Positions 62,850-64,000 of a DNA stretch of 64,000 nucleotides are shown here, piece after piece; the stretch's first letter is position 1; each line of letters begins with the position of its first letter. The stretch covers positions 17,064-81,063 of the forward strand of contig CAWKIV010000021.1 in NCBI GenBank assembly GCA_963849885.1. Direction: 5' to 3'. This DNA comes from an uncultured Actinomycetota bacterium (GTDB lineage Bacteria; Actinomycetota; Actinomycetes; Mycobacteriales; CADCTP01). A program made the translations under genes and the position numbers. The notes under the pieces are model-generated. The model had not been told where the DNA came from. It ran no database searches and saw only the letters and a list, made by a program, of their open reading frames with translations.

Positions 62850-63551
62850 TCACGGCAGCACCTCCGCGGCGAGCGAGAGCACGATCGGGACGATCCCGAG
62901 GCTGACGAAGGCGGGCAGGAAGCAGAGTCCGAGCGGCGCCATGGCCAGGACGCCGGCCCGGCGGGCCCTCGCCTCGCCTGCGGCGGCGAGCACGGACCGC
63001 CGGTCGGCGGCCAGCCGCTCGAAGGCCGCCGCCAGCCGCGCGCCGCTCTCCGCGGAGCGGCCGACCGCCCGGGCCGCCGGCGCGAGATCCGGGTCGTCGG
63101 CCAGGTCGGCCCATGCGGCCGGCGCGCTGCACCCGAGCCGCTGAAGACCGGCCACCAGGGCGAGGTCACTGCTGAACGGCCCGGGCAACGCCTCGGCCAC
63201 GGTCTCCAGAGCGAGCACGAGCGGTGTTCCGGCCCGGAGGCAGACGGCCAGCAGATCGAGCACCAGCGGCAGCTCCGCCGCGCGCTGCTCCTTCCGGTGC
63301 CGGACGGCCGCCGGCTCCAGGGACCGGAGTGCGCGCTCGGCTCCCACGCCGATGGCGCAGCCGGCCAGCACGCCCAGTGGGCCGCCGACGAGGAGCACCA
63401 CTGCCAGCCCCAGCGCCGCGGCGGCGAGGCGGGTCGGCGCCGGGCGGTGCCGAGCCCGACCAGCGGGCCGTGGCCGGGCCCGCCCGGAGCCACGGCCGGC
63501 CAGCGCGATCGCCAACCCGAGGCAACCGAGCGCGAGCGGCTCGCCGGTCAT
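62850..63551 (-). CDS. tadC: type II secretion system F family protein (TadC-like, Flp pilus assembly)
   Basis: ELPLVLDLLAVCLRAGTPLVLALETVAEALPGPF...SAESGARLAAAFERLAADRR...APLGLCFLPAFVSLGIVP. Confidence 0.82.
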   Translation of the reverse strand: MTGEPLALGCLGLAIALAGRGSGRARPRPAGRARHRPAPTRLAAAALGLAVVLLVGGPLGVLAGCAIGVGAERALRSLEPAAVRHRKEQRAAELPLVLDLLAVCLRAGTPLVLALETVAEALPGPFSSDLALVAGLQRLGCSAPAAWADLADDPDLAPAARAVGRSAESGARLAAAFERLAADRRSVLAAAGEARARRAGVLAMAPLGLCFLPAFVSLGIVPIVLSLAAEVLP

Positions 63552-64000
63552 CGCTCACCGCCCGCGGCTGCGACGATCCGGGCGGTCCAGAGCAGGCCGA
63601 GGGCATCGAGGCCGGCGCCGACGAGCAGCGCCACCTGACCGCGACCGGTGCCGAAGAGGACGTGCAGCGGCCGCGCGCCCATCGCGGCGCCGAGACCGAT
63701 CCCGAGCAGCGGCAACACGGCCAGCAGCGCCGCGGTGGACCGAGCGCCCGCCAGCTGCGCCGAGACCTCCCGACGATGCCGCTCGGCCATGCGCAGATCC
63801 TGCTCGACCCGGTCGAGCACGGCAGCGGCCGGCGCCCCGCTGCGCTCCGACACCGTCCAGACCGCGGCCACGGCCGGCGCCCGCAGATGCTCCGCCTGCC
63901 GATCGGCGGCGATGAGCTCCGTCGGCTGGCGGCCGGCGCGCAGGTCGGCTGCGAGCGCTCCCACGGCCTCGACCAGCGCGGCGTCCCGGCGCCGCCGCTC
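63548..64000 (-). CDS. tadB: type II secretion system F family protein (TadB-like); 5' end outside the window
   Basis: LAADLRAGRQPTELI...SERSGAPAAAVLDRVEQDLRMAERHRREVSAQLAGARSTAALLAVLPLLGIGLG. The frame stays open to nt 64000, and its stop overlaps the tadC start. Confidence 0.82.
   Translation of the reverse strand, partial: ERRRRDAALVEAVGALAADLRAGRQPTELIAADRQAEHLRAPAVAAVWTVSERSGAPAAAVLDRVEQDLRMAERHRREVSAQLAGARSTAALLAVLPLLGIGLGAAMGARPLHVLFGTGRGQVALLVGAGLDALGLLWTARIVAAAGGER

Overview
Very high-GC (by eye >70%) actinobacterial chromosome, mostly conserved core. From memory, gene order matches two Mycobacterium tuberculosis neighbourhoods. The first is dnaX-ybaB-recR ... leuA / ask-asd. The second is the tad genes, 6C sRNA, HAD hydrolase, acs, marP, NUDIX, tlpA, nth, crp, MBL, NUDIX, ridA, two ArsA-like ATPases, whiB4, ponA and a metallophosphoesterase. 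I call about 60 protein genes, one tRNA-Pro(CGG), one 6C sRNA, a Leu-codon leader peptide with an SD-sequestering switch upstream of leuA, four strong intergenic hairpins and three tandem-repeat arrays. Accessory or decayed stretches are: a siderophore ABC locus with two head-to-head truncated genes (6.5-8.2 kb); LtrA and Rieske fragments (15.1-16.5 kb); a 5'-truncated S8 peptidase (25.6 kb); and a roughly 7 kb gene set ending in an integrase stub next to tRNA-Pro (28-35 kb). The most interesting unexplained signal is a near-identical ~50-nt leader, including the RBS, upstream of both nhaA and a CBS-ArsB/NhaD transporter operon. This is a candidate cation-responsive cis-regulatory element. It is flanked by G-rich tandem repeats, one of which encodes 17 PxQPx pentapeptides at the NhaA N-terminus. 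A tightly coupled DUF3516 helicase-KTSC-acVLRF1-beta-propeller operon looks like a ribosome-rescue module. At least nine genes show single-site frame changes, including the essential dnaX and ponA. The changes mostly sit in G/C runs or short repeats, which looks more like assembly indels than wholesale pseudogenisation. No CRISPR array, rRNA or intact mobile element was seen. All homology calls are from recognising motifs in the supplied translations; nothing was searched.
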